A stretch of 64,000 nt of DNA from Minisyncoccota bacterium (GCA_021734945.1 JAIPIA010000003.1:156895-220894); one strand, 5' to 3'; positions 18,936 to 29,631 are shown, counted from the stretch's first letter. Notes: generated by a model from the letters alone, not told the origin. Made by a program: numbers and translations.

Positions 18936-20219
18936 TTATATTTTTATTCCCTTCAAAACCTTATCAATTTTTTCTGCTATTTTTTTAAAATCTGCTTCTT
19001 TCTTTCCACGAGTAGTTTCCGCTGGAGTACCAAGTCGAATACCTGATGGATCAAACGGAGAACGTTTTTCGCCTGGCACTGTATTTTTATTACAAATGAT
19101 TCCAGCCTTTTCAAGCTCAAGCTCAGCTACTTTTCCTGGAATTCCTCCTGCGCCAAGGGCCATTTCGCCGTGTTTAATACTTCTTGCTGCAATTTCAGAT
19201 ACTTTCTCTCCATTCATCCATGTATCAACAAGTACCATATGACTATCAGTTCCATCGGCTACTACATGCCAACCTCTCTTCTGAAGTTCGCTTGCGAGCA
19301 CCTTTGCATTTTTTATAACCTGCTTTGCGTATGATTTAAACTTTGCATCGGTTGCCTCTTTGAGAGCAACTGCAATACCTGCAATCTGACTCTCGTGTGG
19401 ACCACCTTGAAGACCTGGAAATACTGCCTTATCAATTTTTTTGTACAACTCTCGTGAATCTATTCTCGAAAAAATCATTGCACCTCGTGGACCACGAAGA
19501 GTTTTGTGAGTAGTTGTAGTTACAACATCAGCATATGGAAATGGACTTGGATATGCTTTACCAGCAATGAGCCCTGCAAGGTGTGACATGTCTACCATGA
19601 GGAGAGCGCCAGCTTCGTCTGCTATTTTTCTAAAACGCTTCCAATCAACTTCTCGTGGATAAGCAGTGAACCCCGCAACTATAATGGCTGGCTTTTCACT
19701 CTTTGCGAGTTCTTCTACGTAATCATAATCGAGCACTTCTGTCTCCGGATCAACAATATATGTAACTGGTTCCCAAACTTTTCCAGTAATAGAAACTTTT
19801 TGTGCGTGTGAAAGATGTCCTCCTGATGTGAGAGCCATTCCCATAATCTTAGAACCAATAGGAGCAAGCCCTAGGTATACTGCTAAGTTTGCATTAGCAC
19901 CTGACCATGGTTGTACATTTACATGCCACTTACTTTTGTGTGGGTTTTTATCACTAAACTTTTCAACATGTTCACCTTTATCTAAACCAAAAAGTTTTAT
20001 AGCTCTCTCTTGTGCAAGCAATTCAAGCTGATCGACAACTTGGTTTCCACCGTAGTATCGTGCACCTGGATATCCTTCTGCATATTTATTATCAAAAACT
20101 GAACCGAGGGCTTCCAGTGAATCTGCTGAGCAATAGTTTTCTGAGGCAATAAGATTAATTACACTTTTTTGTCGTTTCTTTTCAGCATCTATAAGTTTCT
20201 TGATTTGGAGGTCTTTCAT
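18936..20219 (-). CDS. glyA: Serine hydroxymethyltransferase
   Basis: LIASEN, NKYAEGYPGARYYGG, TTTHKTLRGPRG (PLP lysine), SGIRLGTPA. Confidence 0.98.
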   Translation of the reverse strand: MKDLQIKKLIDAEKKRQKSVINLIASENYCSADSLEALGSVFDNKYAEGYPGARYYGGNQVVDQLELLAQERAIKLFGLDKGEHVEKFSDKNPHKSKWHVNVQPWSGANANLAVYLGLAPIGSKIMGMALTSGGHLSHAQKVSITGKVWEPVTYIVDPETEVLDYDYVEELAKSEKPAIIVAGFTAYPREVDWKRFRKIADEAGALLMVDMSHLAGLIAGKAYPSPFPYADVVTTTTHKTLRGPRGAMIFSRIDSRELYKKIDKAVFPGLQGGPHESQIAGIAVALKEATDAKFKSYAKQVIKNAKVLASELQKRGWHVVADGTDSHMVLVDTWMNGEKVSEIAARSIKHGEMALGAGGIPGKVAELELEKAGIICNKNTVPGEKRSPFDPSGIRLGTPAETTRGKKEADFKKIAEKIDKVLKGIKI

Positions 20220-20437
20220 TCGATTTGATGCAATTTTGCGAATTAATTTAATAAATATTTAAACAAAAAGTAATGTCTACTCGATTATTATCGCCTACCA
20301 TTATGTAACGTTTTAATTATACTTCGGAAGGATTAATTTGGTCTAGAAAAAGAGTAACTGCGACACCAAATCACCTTCCCTGCAAGGATAGAACAATAGA
20401 TTAGTTGGTGCTCATTATGATAAAATTGACTAAATAA

Positions 20438-20863
20438 ATGAAACTCAAAATCAAAAAACTCCACCCAAACGCAAAAATTCCAAGTTATGCATACCATGGC
20501 GATGCAGGTTTTGATTTGTATGTTCCAGAAGTTATTACCCTTCTACCAGGCGATCGTAAAACAATTCCACTCGGTATTGCAGTGGAGATACCTGACGGGT
20601 ATGTAGGTCTCATGTTTGATAAAAGTAGTCTTTCTCACAAACAGGGACTTAAGACTTTTGGAAATGTCATTGATTCAGGGTATCGGGGTGAAATACACGC
20701 CGGACTTATCAATCAATCAGGACAAGCACAGACATTAGAAGCCGGACAAAAAATTATACAGATGTTAATCATTCCTGTTATAACAGTAGATATTGAAGAA
20801 ACATATACACTAAGTGAATCTGGACGTGGAGGTGGAGGTTTTGGAAGTAGTGGAAAAAACTAA
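20438..20863 (+). CDS. dut: dUTP diphosphatase
   Basis: GDAGFDL, VIDSGYRGEI, RG.GGFGSSG motifs. Confidence 0.95.
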   Translation: MKLKIKKLHPNAKIPSYAYHGDAGFDLYVPEVITLLPGDRKTIPLGIAVEIPDGYVGLMFDKSSLSHKQGLKTFGNVIDSGYRGEIHAGLINQSGQAQTLEAGQKIIQMLIIPVITVDIEETYTLSESGRGGGGFGSSGKN

Positions 20864-20869
20864 TTTCAT

Positions 20870-20912
20870 AAATAAAAAGCTACCTGTCACAGTGACAGGT
20901 AGCTTTTTATTT
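20870..20912. terminator. Bidirectional intrinsic terminator between convergent dut and rplK
   Basis: Perfect palindrome AAATAAAAAGCTACCTGTCAC-A-GTGACAGGTAGCTTTTTATTT. Confidence 0.85.
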
Positions 20913-20925
20913 TGCGAGTTGCAGA

Positions 20926-21351
20926 CTATCCAATAACCTCTACTCCGAGTGATCGACATGTTCCTTCGATCATCTTCATAGCACCTTCAATGTCCTTTGC
21001 GTTCATATCTGGCATCTTTCGCTCTGCGATTTCTCGAACCTGAGCTCGAGTAATCTTTCCTACTTTCTTTGTGTTAGCAGTTCCAGAACCTGATTCGATA
21101 TTGATAGCCTTTTTAACGAGGTTAGCAGCAGGAGGAGTCTTGAGAATGAAGTCGTATGATCGGTCTTCATATACAGTGATCACTGTAGGGATAATGTCAC
21201 CCATCATAGACATAGTTGCATCATTGAACTTCTTTACGAAATCACCGATAGCGATACCTGCCTGACCGAGAGCTGGACCAATAGGTGGAGCTGGGTTAGC
21301 TTTTCCTGCAGGAATCTGCAGTTTGAGCTTTTTAGTTATTTTTTTAGCCAT
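20926..21351 (-). CDS. rplK: 50S ribosomal protein L11
   Basis: [26 protein letters not shown]. Confidence 0.98.
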   Translation of the reverse strand: MAKKITKKLKLQIPAGKANPAPPIGPALGQAGIAIGDFVKKFNDATMSMMGDIIPTVITVYEDRSYDFILKTPPAANLVKKAINIESGSGTANTKKVGKITRAQVREIAERKMPDMNAKDIEGAMKMIEGTCRSLGVEVIG

Positions 21352-21419
21352 ATTTTTGGTATAAGGACTCTTATTCCGAGCCTTGATATATTAATTGATT
21401 AATTGGGTCTTAGAGTACC

Positions 21420-21962
21420 TTATGTTCTCTTAACTTGCAAGAAGTCGAGTTCTACTGGAGTTTCTCGTCCAAACATTGAAACAAGAACCTTTACCTTTCC
21501 TCGGTCGTTGTCTACTTCTGACACCTTACCTTCCATATCCTTGAACGGACCATCTGTGATAGAGATAAGATCTCCAGCACTGAGGTCAATAGTGTGCTTA
21601 ACGTTCTCAGTATTCATTCGTTTAAAAAGAGTATCCACTTCTGATTTATCAAGTGGCACAGGTACAGTTCCAGAACCAACGAAACCAGTTACTCGAGGAG
21701 TGTTTCGTACTACGTACCAAGAGTCATCAGTTACAATCATGTCTACAAGCACATATCCAGGGTAGATTTTTTCTTCCTCTTCAACTCGCTTCCCTGCTTT
21801 GATTTTGATTTTCTTTTCAGTAGGAACAATTACATTAAAAATTTTGTCTTCCATAAGAAGAGACTCTATACGCTGCTTGAGATTTCGAAGTACAGCATTT
21901 TCATATCCAGCATATGTGTGGATTGCGTACCAATTTCGCTGACCTTCTGCTTGTTTTGCCAT
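21420..21962 (-). CDS. nusG: Transcription termination/antitermination factor NusG
   Basis: WYAIHTYAGYE, YPGYVLV, VRNTPRVTGFVG, KOW domain, FGRETPVEL. Confidence 0.98.
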   Translation of the reverse strand: MAKQAEGQRNWYAIHTYAGYENAVLRNLKQRIESLLMEDKIFNVIVPTEKKIKIKAGKRVEEEEKIYPGYVLVDMIVTDDSWYVVRNTPRVTGFVGSGTVPVPLDKSEVDTLFKRMNTENVKHTIDLSAGDLISITDGPFKDMEGKVSEVDNDRGKVKVLVSMFGRETPVELDFLQVKRT

Positions 21963-22047
21963 AGTGTTTTGCGCCGAAGCGCTAGTTAGTTAAAGTTTAT
22001 TAAAATTGAACCGTCTCTCTTAATCTAAATATCTGTATTTAATCTAA

Positions 22048-22236
22048 TTAGCTCAGTGAAGGGATGAGAAGTTTGAGCCCAGCTGCAAAGACTGAATCAA
22101 GGAGACCCAAATATGCAGAGACAAAGAAAGAAACTGCAATAACGAGAATACCGTAAATAACAGTCTGACGTCGTGTAGGCCATGTTACATGTTTCATTTC
22201 AGCCATTGTTTCGTTTATGTATTGTTTTATAGCCAT
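22048..22236 (-). CDS. secE: Preprotein translocase subunit SecE
   Basis: EMKHVTWPTR motif, single TM, directly upstream of nusG. Confidence 0.93.
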   Translation of the reverse strand: MAIKQYINETMAEMKHVTWPTRRQTVIYGILVIAVSFFVSAYLGLLDSVFAAGLKLLIPSLS

Positions 22237-22347
22237 TTGATTTGTTTTAGATGATAAAACTTGTATTTAAAAACACCCTTGCGGGTGTCTTTATGTATGG
22301 GCTTATTCTATGCTTTTGCTGGGTTTTGTCAACCAGGTGACCGGAGC

Positions 22348-23247
22348 CTACTTAATCTGATACGTAATATTTACCTCTGAACTTACCTTGTTTGTTCCTG
22401 TAGGTAGATCAGGTGTTACAGCGGCTTTTTCCATCATAGATGACCGTGATGACATCGCATCCATAGCGTATGGATAGTAACCTCCACCGTTTTCATTAAA
22501 CGAAGTTATTCGAACAAGCTTTACACCGAGAGATTTTGCCAAAACCTCTGCCTCCTGTCTTGCTTTGAGGATTGCCTCATCTCGTACTACTCGTTTGTAT
22601 GCATCCATATCATCAATAGTATTAACAGGAGTAGAAACTCTAACTCCTACTGTCGCAAGGCCAGCAACAAGCTCTCCCACTATTTTTTGGTTCTTGTTAA
22701 TATCTCGTACTTTTACTCGTACACTTTGAGACGTTGTATATCCTGAAATAACTGATTCCGTATTACATGGTGGCATTATTGTTGGAGAAGCTACAGTCAT
22801 GCCAGATACAGTCGTCTTGTTAGACATAGGACTTATACAGTTTTTGTATGATGTCTCATATTTTGGATATGTATTAAGACCTGTTGTCTTGATATCCGCT
22901 TCTTTGATACCTTTTTCTTTAACAAAAGCAATCGCTTTATTGTTAATTGTTGCAGATTTCGACTGTGACTCTTCACTTGTCTTTCCGTCAGCTTCAATGC
23001 TCCATTCAAAAGTAGTTATATCTGGAGTAACATCCATATCAGATTTACCTGTAACTGAAATTACATTTTGTACACTAAAAGATGCGTCATCGCCGATAGT
23101 TGAGTACGTTTTTATTTCGTTCATTGTTTTAACAACGAGAAAGAGAGTAAGAACACCTATAGCAGCAGCTCCTACAATTTTGAGGAAACTATTTAACTCT
23201 TCAGATGTGAAATTAAAATGGTGAGATGTATTCATTTGATTTTTCAA
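22348..23247 (-). CDS. SIMPL domain (DUF541) protein
   Basis: ISVTG......PD, A..KAR..AE.LA..LGVKL..I, C-terminal V...YQI. Confidence 0.88.
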   Translation of the reverse strand: MKNQMNTSHHFNFTSEELNSFLKIVGAAAIGVLTLFLVVKTMNEIKTYSTIGDDASFSVQNVISVTGKSDMDVTPDITTFEWSIEADGKTSEESQSKSATINNKAIAFVKEKGIKEADIKTTGLNTYPKYETSYKNCISPMSNKTTVSGMTVASPTIMPPCNTESVISGYTTSQSVRVKVRDINKNQKIVGELVAGLATVGVRVSTPVNTIDDMDAYKRVVRDEAILKARQEAEVLAKSLGVKLVRITSFNENGGGYYPYAMDAMSSRSSMMEKAAVTPDLPTGTNKVSSEVNITYQIK

Positions 23248-23287
23248 TATAAATTAATAATATTTGATTTGTTAAGTATAGCATAAA

Positions 23288-24154
23288 TTACTTACCTATC
23301 TTTTTCAAATATGCGTCATACACGTTCTGAAACAATGATGAAACTGTGAGTGGACCAACACCTCCTGGTACTGGAGAAATAGCCGCAACTATTTGTGACA
23401 CAGCATTATAATCAACATCTCCTGTTATTTTTTCAACTTCCTCATCTTTAATAAAAGTAGTCCCAACATCAATTATCACTTGATGAGGCCTAACACAATG
23501 TTCGTCTATAAGTCTTGGGAAACCAACCGCACTAATTATAATATCGGCTTCCAAAGTATGGTCAGCAAGCTTTACAGTACCGCTGTGACAAACTGTCACA
23601 GTTGCACCTTTATTTATAAGTGCCATAGCTGTCGGCTTACCTACAAGAGTTGATCTACCCACTACTACAACTTTTTTTCCACTAACCTGAATATCGTAAT
23701 AATCGAGCATAGTAAGAATAGCCCGAGCTGTAGCTGGTAATATATACCCCTTATCATTTGTCCAAAGTCCTCTTATATTCTCTGAAGTAAGCCCATCAAC
23801 GTCCTTAGATGAAATAACCGCTTCCACAAGTACATCCCTGTCTATATGTTTCGGTAGTGGAAGTTGAATTATTATTCCATGAACAGAATCATCAGTATTA
23901 AGCGATGAAATTTCCTTCAACACCTCAGAATCACTGACTGTATCAGGTAGATGGATGTGTAGAACTTCGGCACCAATAGTATGTCCAAATTTCTTTTTAT
24001 GCTCAATGTATTTTGTAGACTCCTTTGTATTACCAATCTGAATAATAGCAAGGCAAGGCTTAGCAAAACCATCGGCAAGATTAATAGCAATCCTAGTACT
24101 CAGGTCCTGTCTGATTTCACTGTTTATCTTTTTTCCATCAAGTATAAGTGGCAT
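23288..24154 (-). CDS. folD: Bifunctional methylenetetrahydrofolate dehydrogenase/cyclohydrolase
   Basis: ILDGK, GIIIQLPLP, KDVDG, VGRS.LVGKP, PVPGGVGPLTV; start placed at ATG 24154. Confidence 0.96.
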   Translation of the reverse strand: MPLILDGKKINSEIRQDLSTRIAINLADGFAKPCLAIIQIGNTKESTKYIEHKKKFGHTIGAEVLHIHLPDTVSDSEVLKEISSLNTDDSVHGIIIQLPLPKHIDRDVLVEAVISSKDVDGLTSENIRGLWTNDKGYILPATARAILTMLDYYDIQVSGKKVVVVGRSTLVGKPTAMALINKGATVTVCHSGTVKLADHTLEADIIISAVGFPRLIDEHCVRPHQVIIDVGTTFIKDEEVEKITGDVDYNAVSQIVAAISPVPGGVGPLTVSSLFQNVYDAYLKKIGK

Positions 24155-24193
24155 ATGAGAATAGTGTATGTGAGGCTTAAATTCTAGCAATAC

Positions 24194-24985
24194 TTACACA
24201 AAATATAGTACACCCAAAAATACAATTGCCAAGACGATTCTGTATACACCAAAAGCGGCAAATGAATGCTTTTGTATATAAGCAAGAAATGTCTTGATTG
24301 CGAGCAGTGCTACAAAGAATGCCGTTATAAAACCTATACTCAACATTTCTAACTGATTGCCGACAAATGAGTCATGATGTTTGTATACATCGAGAGCAGT
24401 AGCAGCCAACATAACAGGTATCGCAAGTAAGAATGAAAATTCAACAATCACCTTTCGAGAGAGACCCAACATTTGACCACCTATAATAGTAGCAGCAGAA
24501 CGGGACACCCCTGGAACAATAGCTATCGACTGAAAGAGACCTATATACAAAGCTTGTTTAACAGTGACTGAGGATTCAACTAAATCTGTATCTACCTGCG
24601 CAACCATACCTTTCATATTTTTTTTCTCAAATAACCAGATAATGATACCTCCGAAAAAAAGTGAAGCGATGACAACATACACATTTCCAAGCAGATATCT
24701 TTTTACTACTGAATACAGAGCGAGCCCGATAACAGCCGTTGGTAGAAAAGCTAAAAAAACTTTGTACATGAGTGCAAAATTACTAAAAATCTTTTTTCTA
24801 TATACAAAAACCACAGCAAGAATTGCACCGAGTTGTATGATTATCTCAAAACTTTTAGTAAATGAGTCTTCTCCAATCTGCAATAAACTACTAACAAGAA
24901 TCATGTGACCAGTTGATGAAACCGGCAAAAACTCTGTTATTCCTTCAACTATACCAAGTATCAAAGCATCTAAATAAGTCATCAT
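24194..24985 (-). CDS. uppP: Undecaprenyl-diphosphate phosphatase
   Basis: GIVEGITEFLPVSSTGH, IQLGAILAV, PGVSRSAATI, EFSFLLAIP. Confidence 0.96.
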   Translation of the reverse strand: MMTYLDALILGIVEGITEFLPVSSTGHMILVSSLLQIGEDSFTKSFEIIIQLGAILAVVFVYRKKIFSNFALMYKVFLAFLPTAVIGLALYSVVKRYLLGNVYVVIASLFFGGIIIWLFEKKNMKGMVAQVDTDLVESSVTVKQALYIGLFQSIAIVPGVSRSAATIIGGQMLGLSRKVIVEFSFLLAIPVMLAATALDVYKHHDSFVGNQLEMLSIGFITAFFVALLAIKTFLAYIQKHSFAAFGVYRIVLAIVFLGVLYFV

Positions 24986-25056
24986 AGTAGCTATAATAAC
25001 ATTTATTAATTATTTAGGAATTTCCGCCCAGCACCTTGTACATCACATACTTCTAC

Positions 25057-25608
25057 TTATCTTTGATGCTTCTCATACATAAGGATAGAAAATGAAGAGA
25101 TAATTAAACCTATAAATAAACCCCCGATAACATCTGTGGCGTAATGCACACCTAAATATATACGGCTCATTGAGACAACTAGAACAATACAGATACACAT
25201 AAAAATAAAAACACCTCTAGTTATCTTATTCCTAAAATGAGATTTATAAGAATATGCAATTAAAGTAAAAAATACTACAGCCATCATTGCGTGAGCACTT
25301 GCAAACCCATATCCGATCTCGGGGATCAAACCTCCAGTTGGTCTAGGTAATCTTACAAGCTCTTTTGTACCCACTGCCACTATCGCAGTTGTACCCATCG
25401 TCAATATAAACTGCGATAGGTGCGAATACTTTTTATGTAACCACATAAACATAACCAAGACGAGACAATATAAAGCTATACTTGAAGGACCGCCTATGTC
25501 TGTCAAAAAAATCATACTCTTGGTAAGAAATGGATTTTGAATAGACTCAAAAATATTTTTAAAGTAAATATTTATTACATTCAATTGATTTAAGTAGAAA
25601 AAGTCCAT
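25057..25608 (-). CDS. PAP2 family phosphatase
   Basis: K..VRLPRP, FASAH (PSGH-like), SRIYLGVHYATDV. Confidence 0.9.
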   Translation of the reverse strand: MDFFYLNQLNVINIYFKNIFESIQNPFLTKSMIFLTDIGGPSSIALYCLVLVMFMWLHKKYSHLSQFILTMGTTAIVAVGTKELVRLPRPTGGLIPEIGYGFASAHAMMAVVFFTLIAYSYKSHFRNKITRGVFIFMCICIVLVVSMSRIYLGVHYATDVIGGLFIGLIISSFSILMYEKHQR

Positions 25609-25653
25609 TTTATTTGTATTTAGATTATACTACGATTCTGTTATACTTTTGTT

Positions 25654-26841
25654 ATGTCTAAGCCCCTCTTAATCCTCATCATTCTAGTAAGTATATATGG
25701 AACTCCCTGCACTACTCAAGCTGAGGAAAATATAATTGAACCAAACAATACCGCTAGTACTAATCCTTTTAATCTCTCAATTCCTGAGACCTTTATTCTT
25801 CAAACCAATTTATCTACTAGTTCACCCCTTATCGATGTATTTAATGCTGCACAAATGACAGAAGCAATACTTAGTTCCTCTCTTGTAAGTTCAACCTCTA
25901 CAGAGTTTTTTGGCCCTACTTTTTTTGATGAATCCAATTCAAACCCTATAGAGCAAATTGAATCTTCTACTACAACGCTCTCAATTGAAGCACCTTTTAT
26001 AAAGCAATGGCAAACATTAGGTGGAATAACACGGACGTTATCACTCAATACTAAAAATGATCAGGTTCTACTCTTACAAGGCGCACTCAAAGGTCTTGTA
26101 CCCGAATTCAAACCTACATATATAACAAGCTATTTTGGAATAAAAACAAAAGAAGCAGTAATTCTCCTCCAAAAAAGATATGGAATAGAGCAAAATGGAG
26201 TAGTAGGACCTAAAACTAGAGCACTTCTCAATCAAAAATACTTAAATAACTTATGTCCTCAGAAAGCAAGCGTTGTAAGACTGTACGAAAATATAAACAG
26301 AACAAACTCGGTTCCTCTTGACTATACTCCACCCGAATTAAGAAAACTTCAATCACCTATTAAGACCACTGGGGTTATTTGCCTTTCTGATGAACCCGCT
26401 ACAGCGCTCGAATTACTTTTTAATGATGCAAAAAAAGAGGGACACCAGCTTATAGTTCTATCAGGGTACCGAAGACCTGAAATACAAAAACTCCTTCTTG
26501 CATGGTCAAGTAAAAACAATATAAAATCCACAGATGAAGAAGCACTTAGTCTAGCGGAAGCAGGACACTCTGAACATCAACTAGGTACAACAGTAGACCT
26601 TGGTGGCAGAAGTCAAAATTTTAATGGTCCTTATTCAAGTTTTGGGGAGACTCCGGAAGGAAAATGGTTAAGATTGAATAGTTACAAATATGGATTTAGC
26701 ATGAGTTATCCAAAAGGAAAAGAGGATGTAACAGGGTATATCTATGAACCTTGGCACTTCAGATATATAGGAACAACTACAGCAAAAGAAATTTATGATA
26801 ATGGTATTAGCATTCAAGAATATCTAAGCCGACAAAATTAA
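25654..26841 (+). CDS. M15B D-Ala-D-Ala carboxypeptidase (VanY-like) with peptidoglycan-binding domain
   Basis: PG-binding FG.KT.EAV..LQ...GI..NGVVGPKT; SGYR, SEHQLGTTVD, YEPWHFRY. Confidence 0.9.
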   Translation: MSKPLLILIILVSIYGTPCTTQAEENIIEPNNTASTNPFNLSIPETFILQTNLSTSSPLIDVFNAAQMTEAILSSSLVSSTSTEFFGPTFFDESNSNPIEQIESSTTTLSIEAPFIKQWQTLGGITRTLSLNTKNDQVLLLQGALKGLVPEFKPTYITSYFGIKTKEAVILLQKRYGIEQNGVVGPKTRALLNQKYLNNLCPQKASVVRLYENINRTNSVPLDYTPPELRKLQSPIKTTGVICLSDEPATALELLFNDAKKEGHQLIVLSGYRRPEIQKLLLAWSSKNNIKSTDEEALSLAEAGHSEHQLGTTVDLGGRSQNFNGPYSSFGETPEGKWLRLNSYKYGFSMSYPKGKEDVTGYIYEPWHFRYIGTTTAKEIYDNGISIQEYLSRQN

Positions 26842-26842
26842 A

Positions 26843-27565
26843 CTAGTGTAAGAAATCAGGCAAAGAAGATGAAGAAAAGGTACGAACAAATACTAACGGC
26901 CTGCCAGGTCCACCTTTAAAAACTAAGACAAACTTTTCTGTATCAAGTTGTTGAATCTGATACACATACTGTTCCCCTTTGTGACCTGATTCATACTGCT
27001 GTTTTTGGAAAAAAAACTTTGAATCATCTGTGGAAGTATTATCAAACTGACTTTTTGTATAAGCTGAGGGAGATAAAAGACTTACAGATGTAGAAGTATT
27101 ATTACTATTCACACTTGAAGCGTCTGCTGCCTCCTGTGGTTCATATATTCTCCCATTAATTTTTAGACTATCGGAAAGATTAACATCATTTTGTGAACCA
27201 GCAAAAACTCTCCAAACACCATAACCCTCTTTGTTGCTATCATAATATTCGATAAATTTATTATTCAAATCAATTTGGATTTTGTACCGCCCATCATGCT
27301 CGCTAACCCAAGTTCCCTCAATATAATCATGTATTTGAGATAAGGTATTAGCTTCCACTTGTGTTAAAACCTTCATTTGTGTTGTTTTATCAGTCTGAAT
27401 TTTTAGGACTGCATTCTCTTCACTTAAAATTCCTGTGGCTGTCTGTTGGTACTTATCGAGCTGTGTTACAAAAAAATATGGAACACCAATAAACAGCATA
27501 GTTAAAAATATAATTTTAACTATCAAAGTTAGTACAAGTGGATTTTTTTGTTTTTCACTACTCAT
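26843..27565 (-). CDS. Single-TM hypothetical protein
   Basis: N-terminal TM, I.GTW motif suggesting a lipocalin-like beta barrel. Confidence 0.6.
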   Translation of the reverse strand: MSSEKQKNPLVLTLIVKIIFLTMLFIGVPYFFVTQLDKYQQTATGILSEENAVLKIQTDKTTQMKVLTQVEANTLSQIHDYIEGTWVSEHDGRYKIQIDLNNKFIEYYDSNKEGYGVWRVFAGSQNDVNLSDSLKINGRIYEPQEAADASSVNSNNTSTSVSLLSPSAYTKSQFDNTSTDDSKFFFQKQQYESGHKGEQYVYQIQQLDTEKFVLVFKGGPGRPLVFVRTFSSSSLPDFLH

Positions 27566-27594
27566 TTTACTAATATTGTAACACGCAAATATTT

Positions 27595-28581
27595 TTAAAT
27601 AGCACTTATGTTGTTAACAAAAGTGTCCAATATTTTTGTATATCCAGTTCCACTTATGTTTATAATAATAAAATCATCTATACTTAAAGCAATGATGAGA
27701 GTTTTTGATCTACTTGTACCGTCAAATATTGGTTTATTATTTTTTGTTGAACGAGTCGGAACAACTGTCTGAGGTATTATTTTATCGCCCAAAGAAGAAA
27801 TATCGCCAAAATATTCAAGGCGCATCCATGTTTTTTCATTAGTATTATAAAAATAAGTCGAATTTCCATTCACTTCATCATTTGTAGTGACTGAAGTTCC
27901 ATGAAATCTACTCACAAAAATAGTGTCTTTTGCTTCTGGGCCTACCTGTTTAAGAATCAAATTCTCCCCTGTAGTTGTCTGCGTCCAAAATGGATCTTTC
28001 AAAAAGGTTATTTTCAACTCTTTCGACGTTACTTTCTCGGATAAGTCTTGCACACGAAGTGTCGTAGTCCCAGTTCCATTTGAAGTAGAAGTGGCTTTAA
28101 TCACATATTCAGTAATGATATTAGTATTTGTAGTAGTAGAAGTACTCGTACCAGAATTGGGCTGTGTAAAAATGTCTTTGTCGAGAGATGAAGACCGTCT
28201 GATCGTACCGCTTGCATTCTCGTCTGTAGAAACTTTTAGCTGAGCTAGATTATCTTGCCTCGCCTGCTCATCACTCTTAGTTGTATCAATAAAAAGCTCT
28301 GAAATATTACTATTTTTTGAAGGTTGAACATATTTTTTTACATAAATACCAAAACCAGAAATGAGTGCTAATGCGCCGATTAAAGTAAAAGCAATTGAAA
28401 GTGTATAATCTTTCTTCTCTTCAGTATCTAATTCTTCATATTCTGACTCTAAACGAGACTCCAAAGTCGTTTCTACAACAGGTTCCTCTTCTTTAATAAA
28501 AGAGCCTATGTGAGGTTCCTCAGTTTCAGGCTGAACAGGTCTACGTATCTGAAATTTTGTTTGGTGCTTTAAAGGGTCCAT
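27595..28581 (-). CDS. Single-TM hypothetical protein, Thr/Ser-rich
   Basis: Acidic N-terminus, one TM, T/S-rich linker; extended -10 just upstream. Confidence 0.6.
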   Translation of the reverse strand: MDPLKHQTKFQIRRPVQPETEEPHIGSFIKEEEPVVETTLESRLESEYEELDTEEKKDYTLSIAFTLIGALALISGFGIYVKKYVQPSKNSNISELFIDTTKSDEQARQDNLAQLKVSTDENASGTIRRSSSLDKDIFTQPNSGTSTSTTTNTNIITEYVIKATSTSNGTGTTTLRVQDLSEKVTSKELKITFLKDPFWTQTTTGENLILKQVGPEAKDTIFVSRFHGTSVTTNDEVNGNSTYFYNTNEKTWMRLEYFGDISSLGDKIIPQTVVPTRSTKNNKPIFDGTSRSKTLIIALSIDDFIIINISGTGYTKILDTFVNNISAI

Positions 28582-28716
28582 AGTTTCTTAAGTATATCAA
28601 ACTTTAAATCTTTCTTTATGCTCGAAGAATATCAAAATAGTGCTTACACGAGGTTTATGCATCGCCATTTCTTTACTTTTGCTATACTACAATCATACTC
28701 GCTAATAAAAGTTACA

Positions 28717-29253
28717 ATGAACCTCGCAAGCTCTGTTAATACAATACTTTCAATCTTAACTATATTAGGTCAAATCTTTGCAGTCTATATTTTTATAGTG
28801 CTTATACTAGGCAAACGATCACATAAAATACTTGGTAAGCCATTTTTACTACTCGAAAGACACGGAATTCTTTTTGGGTTTTTAGTCGCACTAATATCTA
28901 TGCTTGGCAGTCTGACATATTCAGACATTCTCGGATATGAACCCTGCAAACTTTGTTGGTTTCAAAGAATATTTATGTACCCTCAAGTGTTCTTGCTCGG
29001 ACTTGCACTTTTTCGTAAAGAACGTTTTATAGTTCCCTACGCGCTCCTATTGGCTGTTATAGGTGAAATAGTCGCCTTATACCACTACATCGTGCAACTA
29101 GGTTTTTTTCCAGCCCCTTGTTCAGTAAGTGGTTACTCTATTACTTGTTCAAAAGTGTTCACTCTTCAGTATGGATATATAACTATTCCACTTATGGCCT
29201 TCACTGCTTTTATACTGATTATCTTTGGAATGTTATTTAGTAAAAAAGAGTAA
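28717..29253 (+). CDS. Disulfide bond formation protein B (DsbB/BdbC)
   Basis: PCKLCWFQRIFMYP motif, second Cys pair, GYITIP; start placed at ATG 28717. Confidence 0.9.
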   Translation: MNLASSVNTILSILTILGQIFAVYIFIVLILGKRSHKILGKPFLLLERHGILFGFLVALISMLGSLTYSDILGYEPCKLCWFQRIFMYPQVFLLGLALFRKERFIVPYALLLAVIGEIVALYHYIVQLGFFPAPCSVSGYSITCSKVFTLQYGYITIPLMAFTAFILIIFGMLFSKKE

Positions 29254-29255
29254 CT

Positions 29256-29283
29256 AATAAACCCACACAAGTGTGGGTTTATT
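29256..29283. terminator. Bidirectional terminator
   Basis: AATAAACCCACAC-AA-GTGTGGGTTTATT between convergent genes. Confidence 0.75.
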
Positions 29284-29321
29284 TTGATTCATACATTGAT
29301 GAAAGCTATTCAACTGTAAAA

Positions 29322-29537
29322 TTAGAGACTCAGACTCGTTGTAGCTGTAACCTCAATTTTATTGTCTGAAGAGCAAGGTTCACCTGTTATAATATTGAAC
29401 TTATCCCCTTCAGCACACACTACAGGTGACGATATAGACGGCGCTGTATCTTTTTTATAATAGTAAAAAGCTGCCCCGATTAAAATCAAAACAACAATAC
29501 TAATAATCATCATTTTATTATTTTGGTATGTTTGCAT
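29322..29537 (-). CDS. Small membrane-anchored protein
   Basis: TM followed by C..GDKFN..TGEPC disulfide-like module. Confidence 0.6.
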   Translation of the reverse strand: MQTYQNNKMMIISIVVLILIGAAFYYYKKDTAPSISSPVVCAEGDKFNIITGEPCSSDNKIEVTATTSLSL

Positions 29538-29631
29538 AGTGACTATAGTATACCACTCCCACTAAATAGGTTAAACCCTGACATATAAAAGAAAAACCCA
29601 ACCACCGTAGTGGTTGGGTTACTCAAAGAAC

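Noticed and set aside
20220-20437. ZTP or THF riboswitch before glyA
   Set aside because: Only a weak AT-rich hairpin; conserved riboswitch cores are absent
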